This document shows, piece by piece, positions 29,654-39,709 of a stretch of 64,000 nt of DNA. The notes below the pieces were generated by a model. That model saw only the letters and a program-made list of their open reading frames with translations, did not search any database and was not told where the DNA came from. The stretch comes from Candidatus Omnitrophota bacterium (GTDB lineage Bacteria; Omnitrophota; Gorgyraeia; Zapsychrales; JAHFFX01). Location: the NCBI GenBank assembly GCA_023247705.1, contig JAHFFY010000006.1, positions 6,623 through 70,622 of the forward strand. Direction: 5' to 3'. Both the position numbers and the translations under genes were made by a program. The number at the start of each line of letters is the position of its first letter. Position 1 is the first letter of the stretch.

Positions 29654-30555
29654 GTGCTTTTCTCAATACTCTTGGCGTATTTCTTTAATTCGGCTCCGAT
29701 CTCGCTGATTTGAGCGACATGTGTAATTTTTTGTTTTGCGTTGCTCACGATTCCGATGGAGATGGAGAGAAGTCCAATCTTGATTTCGTTGCCTTGCCTG
29801 TCTTTTCCGGTAATATATCCGCTTTTTTTATCCTCTTCATTATAGAATTGAGGCGCCATCTTATCGAATTCTTCGATAATCTTTTGACAAATCGAATCCA
29901 TCAATTGATCTTCCACGATAAAAACAAAATCATCTCCTCCGATATGCCCAACGAAGGGATCATTTCCGCCTTTTTCTTTGGCCACATTAATAAGGATTCT
30001 GGCTGTCGCGCGGATGATTTCGTCCCCTTTTTCAAAACCGTATTTATCATTATAAATTTTAAATTTGTCGAGATCAGCGTAACCGACGGCGAAGGTTTGT
30101 CCCTTATTGATCCGGTGCTGAAGCTCTTCCATGATGGAGGTGTTGCCGGGAAGGTGAGTCAGGGGATTGGCATCAAGGCTGCGGACGGTTCTTCTTAGGA
30201 TCATGTGGATTCGGGCGAGTAATTCATCCGGTTCGAAAGGCTTCACCAGATAATCATCGGCGCCGGCTTCGATCCCGCCGACCATGTCTTTGACCTCTCC
30301 TTTGCCGGTTAACATGATGATCGGGATATGCCGCAAGAGAATATCTTTTTTCAGGGCTTTGCAAAATTCCGGGCCGGTCATGATGGGCATGACATAATCA
30401 CAAATAATGAGATCTGGATTTTTTTGTTGGGTCATCAAAAGCCCTTCTTTGCCGTTATACGCCTGGAAGACTTCGTAATTTTCGGACAGGGTTAGATGGA
30501 GGACATCCAGGATGTCCGGATCATCGTCGATAGTTAATATTTTTTCTTTATGCAT
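29626..30555 (-). CDS. Response regulator receiver domain fused to a GGDEF domain with a GGDDF variant motif
   Basis: REC domain has DDDPD and D at DYVMP. GGDEF-domain segments are YADLDKFKIYNDKYGFEKGDEII and HIGGDDFVFIVED. No RxxD I-site was seen. Confidence 0.8.
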   Translation of the reverse strand: MHKEKILTIDDDPDILDVLHLTLSENYEVFQAYNGKEGLLMTQQKNPDLIICDYVMPIMTGPEFCKALKKDILLRHIPIIMLTGKGEVKDMVGGIEAGADDYLVKPFEPDELLARIHMILRRTVRSLDANPLTHLPGNTSIMEELQHRINKGQTFAVGYADLDKFKIYNDKYGFEKGDEIIRATARILINVAKEKGGNDPFVGHIGGDDFVFIVEDQLMDSICQKIIEEFDKMAPQFYNEEDKKSGYITGKDRQGNEIKIGLLSISIGIVSNAKQKITHVAQISEIGAELKKYAKSIEKSTYVRNQRKE

Positions 30556-30598
30556 AGCATTTTCCTCATAGTTGATGCTGCTGTTTCGTAGCGGTTGC

Positions 30599-32116
30599 TT
30601 AAACTTTTTCTTTGGTTGATTCGGCGCTTATCTTTTCATCATTGTTGATGATTGGTAAAGAAAAGTAAAAGGTTGTGCCTTCGTTCACTTTGCTTGCCAC
30701 CCAAATTCTTCCATGATGAGCTTCGATAATATTTTTGGCCAAGGTCAATCCTAGACCGGTCCCTTTGACATTCTGATTGATCTCATTCTCGACGCGATAA
30801 AATTCGTTAAATAATTTTGGAAGATCTTCCTCTTTGATCCCTATCCCGGTGTCAGCCACCGAGAACACAATCATTTCTTTGCCTAATTCGGTTTTGATGG
30901 TGATCGTTCCGTTTAAGGGAGTAAATTTGATCGCGTTGTTGATGAGATTGATAAATACGCGTTCGATTTGACTGATATCGACAAAAATTTCGGGGGTATT
31001 TTTTGCGATGACCGTTTTCAGCTGAATATTTTTTTCCTTCATTTGAGGGGTTAATAGATCGCGGACGTTTTCAATGATTGAAGAAACGTTATGCTTAAGC
31101 AGCCGCATCTCAACCCGTCCGGATTCAATGCGCGCGATGTCCAAAAGATCGTTAATCATTTTGACGAGGTTATCGGAATGTTTGTTGATTTTTTCGAGGC
31201 GGTCTTTGACCTGAGGAGAGATCTCCCCCAGTTTACCGCTCATGAGGATGGACGCGTACCCTTTAACCGAGGTGAGGGGGGTGCGCAATTCGTGAGAAAC
31301 TGCCGAGATGAAATCGGATTTCATCTTGCTGACTTTTTTCACGTCTTCCAGCGCAATGGCCAATTGCTTTGTTCTGTCTTGGATCTTGGATTCCAGATCC
31401 TGGCGTGAACGGTAAACTTGTTCGAATAGCTGGGCGTTTTCCAGAGATTGCCCGATTTGATTGGCCAGGATCGAAAGCAATTCTTCGTCGCCTTCCGTGA
31501 TCGGGGAGGTGTGCGAGCGGTTCCCGATGAAAATAATCCCTATAATCCCTTCCTGCGTTAAGATCGGAGCCAGGATAAAATGTTCCACATCGAAAATACG
31601 GATGATTCTTTCTTTGATTTGTTTCGGAGAGTTTGAGGAGGAGAACGTATGTCCTTCTCGTAAAGATGAGTAGAGATTCGTATCCTTTTCTAAGTTGGAA
31701 AGGATATAAAGGATTTCTTCTTTGGAAAATCCGGACTCGATGCGGCAATGTAATTTTTTGTCGGCATCCAATATGACAATTAAATGTTTCTCAAAGCCAA
31801 GCTCGGACATAAGCGGCTGATCCAAACGCCGGAAAATTTCTTCTTCATCAAGGGTGGTGGAGATTAAGCGCGAGGTTTTTTGCAGCGTGTTGAGTCCGTT
31901 TAAACGTTTGTCGAGTTCTTCTTGAGCTTTGTTAAGTTCGAGATCGGTCTTGACGATGAGTTTCGCTTGTTCATCCAAATCGTTGAACGAACGTAGCATT
32001 TTGTTATGAGATTCTTTTAATTCTTTGATCTGGTCGATTTTTCCCAGCAGCATGAAGATGAGAATTCCGATCGACATAAAAAGGACAATGCCAATAATGT
32101 TAACAATATTTTCCAT
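30599..32116 (-). CDS. Sensor histidine kinase (TM, coiled coil, GAF, HisKA, HATPase)
   Basis: H-box HELRTPLTSVKGY. G-boxes GTGLGLTLAKNIIEAHHGRIWV. GAF-like end LANQIGQSLENAQLFEQV. Confidence 0.85.
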   Translation of the reverse strand: MENIVNIIGIVLFMSIGILIFMLLGKIDQIKELKESHNKMLRSFNDLDEQAKLIVKTDLELNKAQEELDKRLNGLNTLQKTSRLISTTLDEEEIFRRLDQPLMSELGFEKHLIVILDADKKLHCRIESGFSKEEILYILSNLEKDTNLYSSLREGHTFSSSNSPKQIKERIIRIFDVEHFILAPILTQEGIIGIIFIGNRSHTSPITEGDEELLSILANQIGQSLENAQLFEQVYRSRQDLESKIQDRTKQLAIALEDVKKVSKMKSDFISAVSHELRTPLTSVKGYASILMSGKLGEISPQVKDRLEKINKHSDNLVKMINDLLDIARIESGRVEMRLLKHNVSSIIENVRDLLTPQMKEKNIQLKTVIAKNTPEIFVDISQIERVFINLINNAIKFTPLNGTITIKTELGKEMIVFSVADTGIGIKEEDLPKLFNEFYRVENEINQNVKGTGLGLTLAKNIIEAHHGRIWVASKVNEGTTFYFSLPIINNDEKISAESTKEKV

Positions 32117-32132
32117 ATCAATTATTCTTTAT

Positions 32133-33323
32133 TTATCCAATGGCCAGAATAACGATACTTTCATTTTGTAAATGGGTTTTTTTGACGTGGTCACTTGGAT
32201 GAAAAGGCGAAATTTCACCGTAAGAATACATCCCCAACATGGGTATGTCTTTACCTAAAATTTCTTTAACCATTTGAATCTCTTGGAAGGCGTCCCGACC
32301 TAATAGTTTATGTCGAGTAAAACATTCAAAGATGAGCACTATTTGCGGTTTTTTACCTTGAAGCGATTCTTTGGCTTCGGTCGCAGCTTCCACAGCCGCT
32401 TGCATGCAAGAATCTTTATTGCCGATCATGATATGGGCATTCGCACCTTCGGGGACTTCACCCTGACATACAATACTCCCATCGTTTAAGATGTCAATAG
32501 CATTCCGCAATAAATATTCTGTTTCACCTTCGATATATATACCGAGAGGATACATAATAGCCATCCGGCTGCGCTGTTTGGATCGCCGATTATTCTGGAC
32601 TTCTTCTCCGAAATATTCTTCATAGATATTGCATGCTTTTTTTCCGTCGATCATTTTGATGATGTGTCCGTCCACTTTGTTGACAACCCTGGGACGCCCC
32701 AACGGCTTCCAGCCATGACGATTGGCTATTCCCAAATTCAGTTGTCCGCCGATCAATAAGCCGCCGGCACCGTTATACATTGCTTTGTCCTGATAATATT
32801 GATAGGTTCTTCTGAATTGAAAATCATCGCTGCTGCCAGCGCCGACAATGGGTAATATCGTCCCTAAAATTTCCTGAACGCCTTTGATCATGAGAGAGAG
32901 GTCTTTGAGCAATCCATCGGCAAAAAAGAGAAAACCCAGACGTTTATATTGACCAAGGGTCGTAAGCGCGCTCTTGGCCAAGTGGTTTCCGGCGGTCCTG
33001 GTGTCTTGACTCGAAATGTCATTGACCGATCCTATTCCAAATTTTAGTTCGTCAGAACTGATGGCGAGTACAGCTATCCCGCGCATTTGAATGCCAGAGG
33101 AGAGGATGATCCCCGCTGTTGAGCAACCGATTGTTTGAGGATCATCTAAGATGTTCTGAATCGTTCTTAACGCTTCGTTGGAATTATAGTGGATGGTATT
33201 AAAAACAATGGCGAGATCAATGGACTCTTGTTGCGTCTGCTGTTTGGCAATATAGGCGGCTTCTTGGGCCGCTCGTTGTGTGTCAGGATCTTGGCTATAA
33301 CCAATACCGATATGGGTTGGCAC
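32133..33323 (-). CDS. FIST-domain sensory protein, tentative
   Basis: Length (396 aa), its position upstream of the HK and GGDEF genes in the same operon, and FIST-N-like segments (DLAIVFNTIHYN..GCSTAGII). Confidence 0.45.
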   Translation of the reverse strand: MPTHIGIGYSQDPDTQRAAQEAAYIAKQQTQQESIDLAIVFNTIHYNSNEALRTIQNILDDPQTIGCSTAGIILSSGIQMRGIAVLAISSDELKFGIGSVNDISSQDTRTAGNHLAKSALTTLGQYKRLGFLFFADGLLKDLSLMIKGVQEILGTILPIVGAGSSDDFQFRRTYQYYQDKAMYNGAGGLLIGGQLNLGIANRHGWKPLGRPRVVNKVDGHIIKMIDGKKACNIYEEYFGEEVQNNRRSKQRSRMAIMYPLGIYIEGETEYLLRNAIDILNDGSIVCQGEVPEGANAHIMIGNKDSCMQAAVEAATEAKESLQGKKPQIVLIFECFTRHKLLGRDAFQEIQMVKEILGKDIPMLGMYSYGEISPFHPSDHVKKTHLQNESIVILAIG

Positions 33324-33480
33324 GCTTCAAAATCTCCCTTTCTCGGAAAAAAATTAGTTAAAAGACTATTATTACACTGCATCAGGAATGAATTTTTTGA
33401 TTTTACACGGGAGTAGATAAAGTTGATTCTATTCTAATGAGAGGGGAATCAAGTGTCAATTGTTGTGTCAATAATTTTTG

Positions 33481-33509
33481 TTGACCTCGAGGAGGTTTAT
33501 GGGTATATT
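33481..33509 (+). promoter_or_regulatory. Sigma70 promoter TTGACC-N17-TATATT upstream of tRNA-Glu
   Basis: Near-consensus hexamers with a 17-nt spacer, about 75 nt before the tRNA 5' end. Confidence 0.55.
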
Positions 33510-33583
33510 CTATTAGCTCTCAGGTCATAATTCGTGGCACATAGCAAAACCTATGAGCTACGAGTTAACCCTATCCGCTAAAA

Positions 33584-33658
33584 AGGCCCCATCGTCTAGC
33601 CTGGTCCAGGACAAAAGATTCTCAGTCTTTAGACGCGGGTTCAAATCCCGCTGGGGCT
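33584..33658 (+). tRNA. tRNA-Glu, anticodon CUC
   Basis: Hand-folded. Acceptor GGCCCCA/TGGGGCT with one G-U pair. D stem GTCT/GGAC. Anticodon stem AAAGA/TCTTT with loop TTCTCAG. T arm GCGGG-TTCAAAT-CCCGC. Length 75 nt. Confidence 0.7.
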
Positions 33659-33724
33659 ATATTTTTCGGTGAAAGGACAGAAAAACATTCTTGCCAGTCA
33701 AGTTTAATGTGTTAATATAACCCT

Positions 33725-33958
33725 ATGACAGTCGCCCTTAAACAAGAATACAAATTTTTTCTTTCCCACCTCGAGGAGTTCTCCCAAAAACATCTCCATG
33801 AGTTCGTGCTTATTAAAGGCGAACAGGTCGTCGATTTTTTTTCTTCTTATGAAAAAGCTCTCCGTGAAGGACTGAAACGGTTCGGGAACGTCCCTTTTTT
33901 TATAGAAGAAGTGAAAAAGGAAGAAGAAGTCCATTATTTTTATCACGGAATAAAGTAA
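33725..33958 (+). CDS. Hypothetical 77-aa protein
   Basis: ORF lies directly upstream of the protease gene and is translationally coupled to it. Confidence 0.35.
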   Translation: MTVALKQEYKFFLSHLEEFSQKHLHEFVLIKGEQVVDFFSSYEKALREGLKRFGNVPFFIEEVKKEEEVHYFYHGIK

Positions 33959-34390
33959 TTGATGTCTAGTATCATTTCTGCCACATCACCGTATCTTCTG
34001 GAAAACGGCCCCATTTACCCAGTCATTATTACACCATCATTCCCTACTATTGAGATTTTATGGTTGGAGAGAAAAGACGTCCTGCATATTAAAGTACAGG
34101 CATTATTTGATACTGGAGCGCAGACCACGGCGATTAGTGAAAAAGTTTCCCACTCTCTGAAACTTGTTCCAAGAGGCACCACCAAAGTTTACACATCCCA
34201 ATCCAGCAAGATTGTTAATAAATATGATATAGCGTTGGAATTTGATTCGGATATGTATATCAATACCTTAAGGGTATTTGGTGCCGATCTCCAAGATCAC
34301 AGCATTGATTGCTTGATTGGCCGGGACGTTCTGCAATTCGGCGTTTTCACGTATGATGGCCTGAACAAAAGGTTTAAATTAACGTTTTAA
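33959..34390 (+). CDS. Retropepsin-like (clan AA) aspartic protease, single domain
   Basis: Catalytic motif ALFDTGAQTTAIS (D-T-G-A) and C-terminal LIGRDVL. The 143-aa size matches standalone bacterial retropepsin-like proteins. Confidence 0.6.
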   Translation: MMSSIISATSPYLLENGPIYPVIITPSFPTIEILWLERKDVLHIKVQALFDTGAQTTAISEKVSHSLKLVPRGTTKVYTSQSSKIVNKYDIALEFDSDMYINTLRVFGADLQDHSIDCLIGRDVLQFGVFTYDGLNKRFKLTF

Positions 34391-34456
34391 GTTCGCATTA
34401 TTACACTAATCTTAAAAGTTCTTTCTTTTATCCAGTTCGGGCTATTGAATACTTGG

Positions 34457-34497
34457 CCCTCTGCGATATAAATAGTTGTAGAGGGTTTTTATTTTTT
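34457..34497 (+). terminator. Probable rho-independent terminator
   Basis: Stem CCCTCT/AGAGGG with a 17-nt loop, followed by TTTTTATTTTTTT. Confidence 0.45.
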
Positions 34498-34519
34498 TGT
34501 TAATGATAGAATTTAATAT

Positions 34520-35932
34520 ATGAAAAAAGTATTTATATTCTTGCTTTTAATGATTTTGATTCTTTCAGGTTTTTCTTACGCAGAGATGATTTTTAATGAC
34601 GTTAGCCGTCTTAATCCTATCCATGTTAGACAAATTATTCAACCTACGACTATCGAAGAAATAAGAAGTAAAATTTTGGAAGCTCAAAGGCTAAATTTGA
34701 GAATTAGTATCGCCGGGAAGCGGCATAGTCAGGGGGGACAACAATCCTGTGAGGACTGCATTGTTTTGGATATGCTGAGTTTTAATAAAATTCTTTTATT
34801 GGATGTTAAGAACCTCATCATTCGCGTACAAAGCGGAGCAACATGGGATCAAATTCAGCGGTATATCAATCCGTTCAATTTATCTTTGGAAGTTATGCAG
34901 ACATCGAATATCTTTACTGTCGGCGGATCCTTGAGCGCGAATGTTCATGGACGGGACGTTCGTTATGGTGATATACGTAATGCCGTCAAGTCCTTCCGGT
35001 TAATATTAGCTGACGGTAATATCGTGAATGTAAGCCGAGAAGAAAATCTTGAATTATTTCGTCTGGTCATTGGCGGCCTGGGATTATTTGGCGTGATTTT
35101 AGATGTGGATATTACATTAACTGACAATGATGTCTATGAAGAACACGACAAGATAATGAACTACAAAGAATACTCGCAGTATTTTAAGAGAAATATAAAA
35201 GACAACCCGAATACATGGCTGCATTTTGCATCGCTGTCAATATCCCCAGACGATAATTTTTTAAAAGAGATGATCGTGACGTCATATCAGAAATCCGATA
35301 GGAAGTTGAAAAATCAGAATTTAAGCGAAGAAATGGATGTTGCTCGAAATAAATTTTTCTTTGGGCTATCGAGAAAATATTCGTGGGGTAAACAACTGCG
35401 GTGGTATTTGCAGAAAGTCTTGGGGGAAGAGTCGAAAGGGGGACAACTCATTTCAAGAAACAATGCGATGAGGAATCCGGTTAAATTTTTAGATTATTAC
35501 TCTTCTAAAGATACGGACATTCTCCAGGAATATTTTATTCCTGTTGATCGATTTGCTGAATTTGTGGATGGTTTGCGGGGTATTGTTAAAAATGATAAGG
35601 TAAATTTAATGAACGTTGGGGTGAGGCATGTTCCTGCGGACAATACCGGCTATATTTCATATGCTCCACAAGACTCTATTGCTGTGGTCCTTTATATTAA
35701 TCAAAAGATTTCGGATAAGGGAAAAAAAGATGCTAAAGCTTGGACTCGTCGGATCGTTGATTTGGTATTAAAATGCGAAGGTACATATTATTTGGTTTAT
35801 CAACTTTATCCGACAAGAGAACAGTTAAAGAGAGCCTATCCTAAGATCGATGAATTTTTCAGTAAGAAAAGATTTTATGACCCGCAGGAAATCTTTATGA
35901 ATAAGTTTTATGAAACTTATAGTCAAAATTGA
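34520..35932 (+). CDS. Secreted FAD-binding (PCMH-type, FAD_binding_4) oxidoreductase
   Basis: Signal peptide present. RISIAGKRHSQGG lies in the FAD-binding region. Length 470 aa. Confidence 0.6.
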   Translation: MKKVFIFLLLMILILSGFSYAEMIFNDVSRLNPIHVRQIIQPTTIEEIRSKILEAQRLNLRISIAGKRHSQGGQQSCEDCIVLDMLSFNKILLLDVKNLIIRVQSGATWDQIQRYINPFNLSLEVMQTSNIFTVGGSLSANVHGRDVRYGDIRNAVKSFRLILADGNIVNVSREENLELFRLVIGGLGLFGVILDVDITLTDNDVYEEHDKIMNYKEYSQYFKRNIKDNPNTWLHFASLSISPDDNFLKEMIVTSYQKSDRKLKNQNLSEEMDVARNKFFFGLSRKYSWGKQLRWYLQKVLGEESKGGQLISRNNAMRNPVKFLDYYSSKDTDILQEYFIPVDRFAEFVDGLRGIVKNDKVNLMNVGVRHVPADNTGYISYAPQDSIAVVLYINQKISDKGKKDAKAWTRRIVDLVLKCEGTYYLVYQLYPTREQLKRAYPKIDEFFSKKRFYDPQEIFMNKFYETYSQN

Positions 35933-36256
35933 TTTACTCTTCATTGATTCTAGAACTTGTCCCAAAATTGCTTCTGTGAATTTGTTGCGGGTTCTGTCCC
36001 TGCGGCACCCTGCCGTCCTCATCACCTGCGGGCGGCAGGGAACCCGCCTCCGGGCCACCCGCACGAAAATCCTGACGAGAAATTTTGGGATAAGTTCTAA
36101 TACTTTTGGGGAGTATTTACGCTTTGCGCAGATTGTACTTGGCCAGCGGACAGCAGCAGAAGTCCTTGAATTTGAATATAGATTTTAATACATCCTTAAC
36201 ATGCGTATGCACATAGACTATAAAGTATTTCAGATATGAAAATGTTTTATAATCAC

Positions 36257-37588
36257 TTAAAATAGAATTTGTGCGAGACGCTTGAAATGTTTCCTGACCC
36301 ATTGCGGCCGGAAATAGTATTGGGTATAAGCATTAGAAGTTTTTTTCTCCAGGAATGCTTTGGAAAGCGTGTCATGATGCCAGACGAGATTGGAATAACT
36401 GAAATCTTCCCAGTCGATGTTTAATAGTTTGCTGCGATAATTATCAAAGACAATCGTCCCCGGCTGAGGAGTAAAGATGTGGAAGGTGGCAAACATTGAA
36501 TTGAGTTGTTTGGCGTAATTGATCGTATCCCGGACGCTTTGTTCGCTTTCATGGGAAAATCCGACGATATAATTAGTTTGAACGATGACCCCGGATTTTT
36601 CCAGAAGATTGATTTTGCGGAAGGCGTCTTCTTTCTTGTATCCCCGCCGCAGATTTTCTTTCAAGAGTGCGTCATTGCTGCTTTCGATGCCCGTGATGAT
36701 GTAGCGCAATCCCGCTTTTGCCATCAAGGGAAGGTCTTCGTCTTTAAACGTGTCTAGCCGCGCTTCACAGCTCCAGTTGATTTTTAAATTCTTGGCGATG
36801 AGTTTTTCCATGAAGACATGAAAGTCTTTGCGGTTCTCACCGAAGTTCGGATCACGAAACATGAAGTAGCGGATGTGATGTTGATTGTAATAATGGTCAA
36901 TGGTTTTAAGAACATAGTCGCTGTCGAATTGCCGGGCCTTGCCGTAAAACGCGGCGTAGGGACAATAGTTGCAGGTCATGCTGCAGCCGCGGGATTTCTG
37001 GATGCTGATCCCGAGTTCTTTGGAAAACGGCCGTTTGGCGTAATATCCGTTGCGGATAAACGGAGACCAGTCGATCATGGGAAGTTCGTTTAAGTTTTCC
37101 GGGCTGCTGGAACGAATAATTTTTTCCGCCGGAAATCCCTTCTGGAAGATGCCCTGCATCGCTGTCTCGGGATCTCCGGTAATAATACAGTCCGCGACAT
37201 TCTGATAGATCTCCGGCATCGCGGAGGCGAACGACCCAACGACGACTACTTTGATTTGCGCTAGAGCGGTTTTCAAAGCCTTGATAAAACTAACTTCATT
37301 GCGATAATCGACCATGCTGCTTAGAACAATGGCGATTTGAGTATTGGTTTGAATATCCTGGGCGTGGGAGGTGTGATAAGCGGTCGTTTCGTGATGATGC
37401 TGATGACAGACCCCAGCGAGCTGAGCGAGAATAATCGGCGGGGCGCTGAAAAAAGAGTTGAGGGACCGGTTCAACAGCGTTCCTATAAAATTGTTTCCCA
37501 GGCGGATGCGCTTGCCGAGACCGCCGGCCATTTCTTTGGCGATGTAATCGTTTTGGTTGGGCTTGACTTCGATTAAAGCGATATGCAT
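36257..37588 (-). CDS. B12-binding domain radical SAM protein
   Basis: Radical SAM motif CSMTCNYCPY (CxxxCxxC) follows an N-terminal cobalamin-binding-like domain. Confidence 0.8.
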   Translation of the reverse strand: MHIALIEVKPNQNDYIAKEMAGGLGKRIRLGNNFIGTLLNRSLNSFFSAPPIILAQLAGVCHQHHHETTAYHTSHAQDIQTNTQIAIVLSSMVDYRNEVSFIKALKTALAQIKVVVVGSFASAMPEIYQNVADCIITGDPETAMQGIFQKGFPAEKIIRSSSPENLNELPMIDWSPFIRNGYYAKRPFSKELGISIQKSRGCSMTCNYCPYAAFYGKARQFDSDYVLKTIDHYYNQHHIRYFMFRDPNFGENRKDFHVFMEKLIAKNLKINWSCEARLDTFKDEDLPLMAKAGLRYIITGIESSNDALLKENLRRGYKKEDAFRKINLLEKSGVIVQTNYIVGFSHESEQSVRDTINYAKQLNSMFATFHIFTPQPGTIVFDNYRSKLLNIDWEDFSYSNLVWHHDTLSKAFLEKKTSNAYTQYYFRPQWVRKHFKRLAQILF

Positions 37589-37714
37589 GTTTTCGTTTTC
37601 GGGTTGCGGGTTGGCGAGTTTGACGGGTTAGGGTTCTTGACATCTTTACCGTCATTGACGGTAGCTATGAACCCGCCGAGTTCGGTAATCCGTTAAACTC
37701 ATCTTTCTAGAAAT

Positions 37715-39505
37715 CTAAACGGTATCCAAGATTCCTTTCGGAACTAAGTTTTCCTTTGTTACATCTTTAGATTTTACTTTGCGAAACCGTTCCCGGATAA
37801 TCCTTAAACAAAACCGCGTTCCGTCTTTGATGACTGATGATTTTACTTTGCCGCTTAACCGCGCGCGTTCTCTGGATGGAATCTCAGAGATCTGACGATT
37901 CAAACGCAGTGTGTTGACCAGTAGTTCGATTTCGATTTCATATCCATCGGCGTTGTATTCAAAGGCGTGATAAACGTCGCGGTGGAAAACTTTAAAACCA
38001 TTCAGCGCATCTGACAGATATCTTCCGTGTAAAAACCCGAAAAGCCAAGTCAAAACAATATTCCCGAACGCCCGCACCCGCGTGTATTCCTGGCTTCCGC
38101 CGATAATCCGGGAGGCGATGACCAATCCGTTATGTCTTTTGATCTCATCGACCATGGCACAGAGATCAGAGGCATCGTGGGAAAAGTCCGCGTCCATCAT
38201 CACCAGAAATCTTCCCGAGGCGATATCAAACCCCGATCGCAGGGCCGCTCCTTTGCCAGGATCGTTTTTGTTGTCGATCACTTTGACGAACGGATAACGT
38301 TGGGCGATGGCGGCTGTTTTGTCGCTGGAACGGTCATTGACCACAATCACTTCATAAGAATAAGGGGAGATGTCCATAAACAATCCGACTTCATCTAGTA
38401 CCGAGGCGATATTGGTTTCTTCATTCTTGGCCGGGATCACAATGGAGACATCGCATTGGCTTTTGCTTTGGTTTTGTTTTTGGTTCACGTAAAAAATATT
38501 GTCGCGATTGCGGTTAACCCAATCGCTCAATTTTTTAACGCCTTCTTCGGGGGCGATCCGCGGCTGCCAGTTCAAAAGCTGTTGGATTTTTTGGATGTTG
38601 GAAATATAAACTTTTTGATCTTTCATCCGCCAGTCCTGGTAATCAATTTTGAGCGGCGGATTGCTTTGCTTATTGAGTATTTTGACTAATTCATTCAGCG
38701 ATAACGTATTGGCCGGGCCGCCTCCGATATTAAAAGCCTGGCCTTTAATGCGATCGATGTTCAGGAGAGCTTTTTCATATAAATCAATCAGATCATCGAT
38801 GTATAAAACATCCCGGACCTGGTTGCCGTCTCCAAAAATCGTCAAAGGTTTTTCGAGCAACGAACAAATCGTAAACCACGCGACCCACCCCTGGTCTTCC
38901 ATCCCGTATTGATGTGGTCCGTAAATACAGGACTGACGGAACACGACGGTCGGGATCCCGTAGGTTTTATGGTAGTCCAGAAAATACTGGTCCGCGGCGC
39001 CTTTCGAACAGCCGTAAGGGGTTTCGAAGTTCAGTTGATTCTCTTCTGAAAATCCATCGGAATCCTTGATCGCGTAACGGCCGTTTTGCAGGTTGATTTG
39101 TTCATCGGTGTTTCCATAAACTTTATTGGTCGAGGCGTAAAGGATCGTGGGCTTATTCTGGCTGTGACGGGCGAGTTCCAGGAGATTAAACGAACCCTGC
39201 AGGTTCGCGCGGAAATCGCGCACCGGATTTTTGATGGACAGGGTCACGGCCACTTGTGCCGCCATATGCAGGACAATGTCGGGCTTGCAGGAAAAAAATA
39301 TTTCGCGGAAATCTTTGAAATAACTGATGTCGATATTTGAGAATTCGATCTTTGATTTTTTAGCCTGCTTGAGATTGGCGTCGACCCCAACGCGGCTGCA
39401 ATCATCAATGATGTGAACATGATTGGTTTTGGCAAAATGGCATGCGGCGTTAAAGCCGATAAAACCCAAACCACCGGTAATGAGGATTTTCTTATCTTTA
39501 ATCAT
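37715..39505 (-). CDS. Fusion of an NAD-dependent sugar epimerase/dehydratase (N-terminal) with a family-2 glycosyltransferase (C-terminal, DPM/GtrB-like)
   Basis: N-terminal Rossmann ILITGGLGFIGFN and SDR-type YxxxK. C-terminal GT2 motifs VSIVIPAKNEE, VIVVNDRSSD and MMDADFSHD. Confidence 0.7.
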   Translation of the reverse strand: MIKDKKILITGGLGFIGFNAACHFAKTNHVHIIDDCSRVGVDANLKQAKKSKIEFSNIDISYFKDFREIFFSCKPDIVLHMAAQVAVTLSIKNPVRDFRANLQGSFNLLELARHSQNKPTILYASTNKVYGNTDEQINLQNGRYAIKDSDGFSEENQLNFETPYGCSKGAADQYFLDYHKTYGIPTVVFRQSCIYGPHQYGMEDQGWVAWFTICSLLEKPLTIFGDGNQVRDVLYIDDLIDLYEKALLNIDRIKGQAFNIGGGPANTLSLNELVKILNKQSNPPLKIDYQDWRMKDQKVYISNIQKIQQLLNWQPRIAPEEGVKKLSDWVNRNRDNIFYVNQKQNQSKSQCDVSIVIPAKNEETNIASVLDEVGLFMDISPYSYEVIVVNDRSSDKTAAIAQRYPFVKVIDNKNDPGKGAALRSGFDIASGRFLVMMDADFSHDASDLCAMVDEIKRHNGLVIASRIIGGSQEYTRVRAFGNIVLTWLFGFLHGRYLSDALNGFKVFHRDVYHAFEYNADGYEIEIELLVNTLRLNRQISEIPSRERARLSGKVKSSVIKDGTRFCLRIIRERFRKVKSKDVTKENLVPKGILDTV

Positions 39506-39709
39506 TCCTTATGTATTATATTTATTTTTCTTCTTTGTGACAGGAAATTATTATTATTGAGCGATTCTTTGCTCAGGTTAAAGAGAAGCTCCATAAAGGC
39601 TGAAAAAAGATCTTTCCTATTATCCGGCTTAATGGTATTTTAATAAAAAATCGTCATCCGGGATTTCAGCAAGATCAGAGGGATATCCATAAACACTTCA
39701 AAAGAGCAT

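Noticed and set aside
35910-36188. 92-aa + strand ORF overlapping the end of the FAD oxidase gene
   Set aside because: It overlaps a well-supported gene out of frame and extends across the GC-rich hairpin block. The translation is Arg-rich and looks artefactual.
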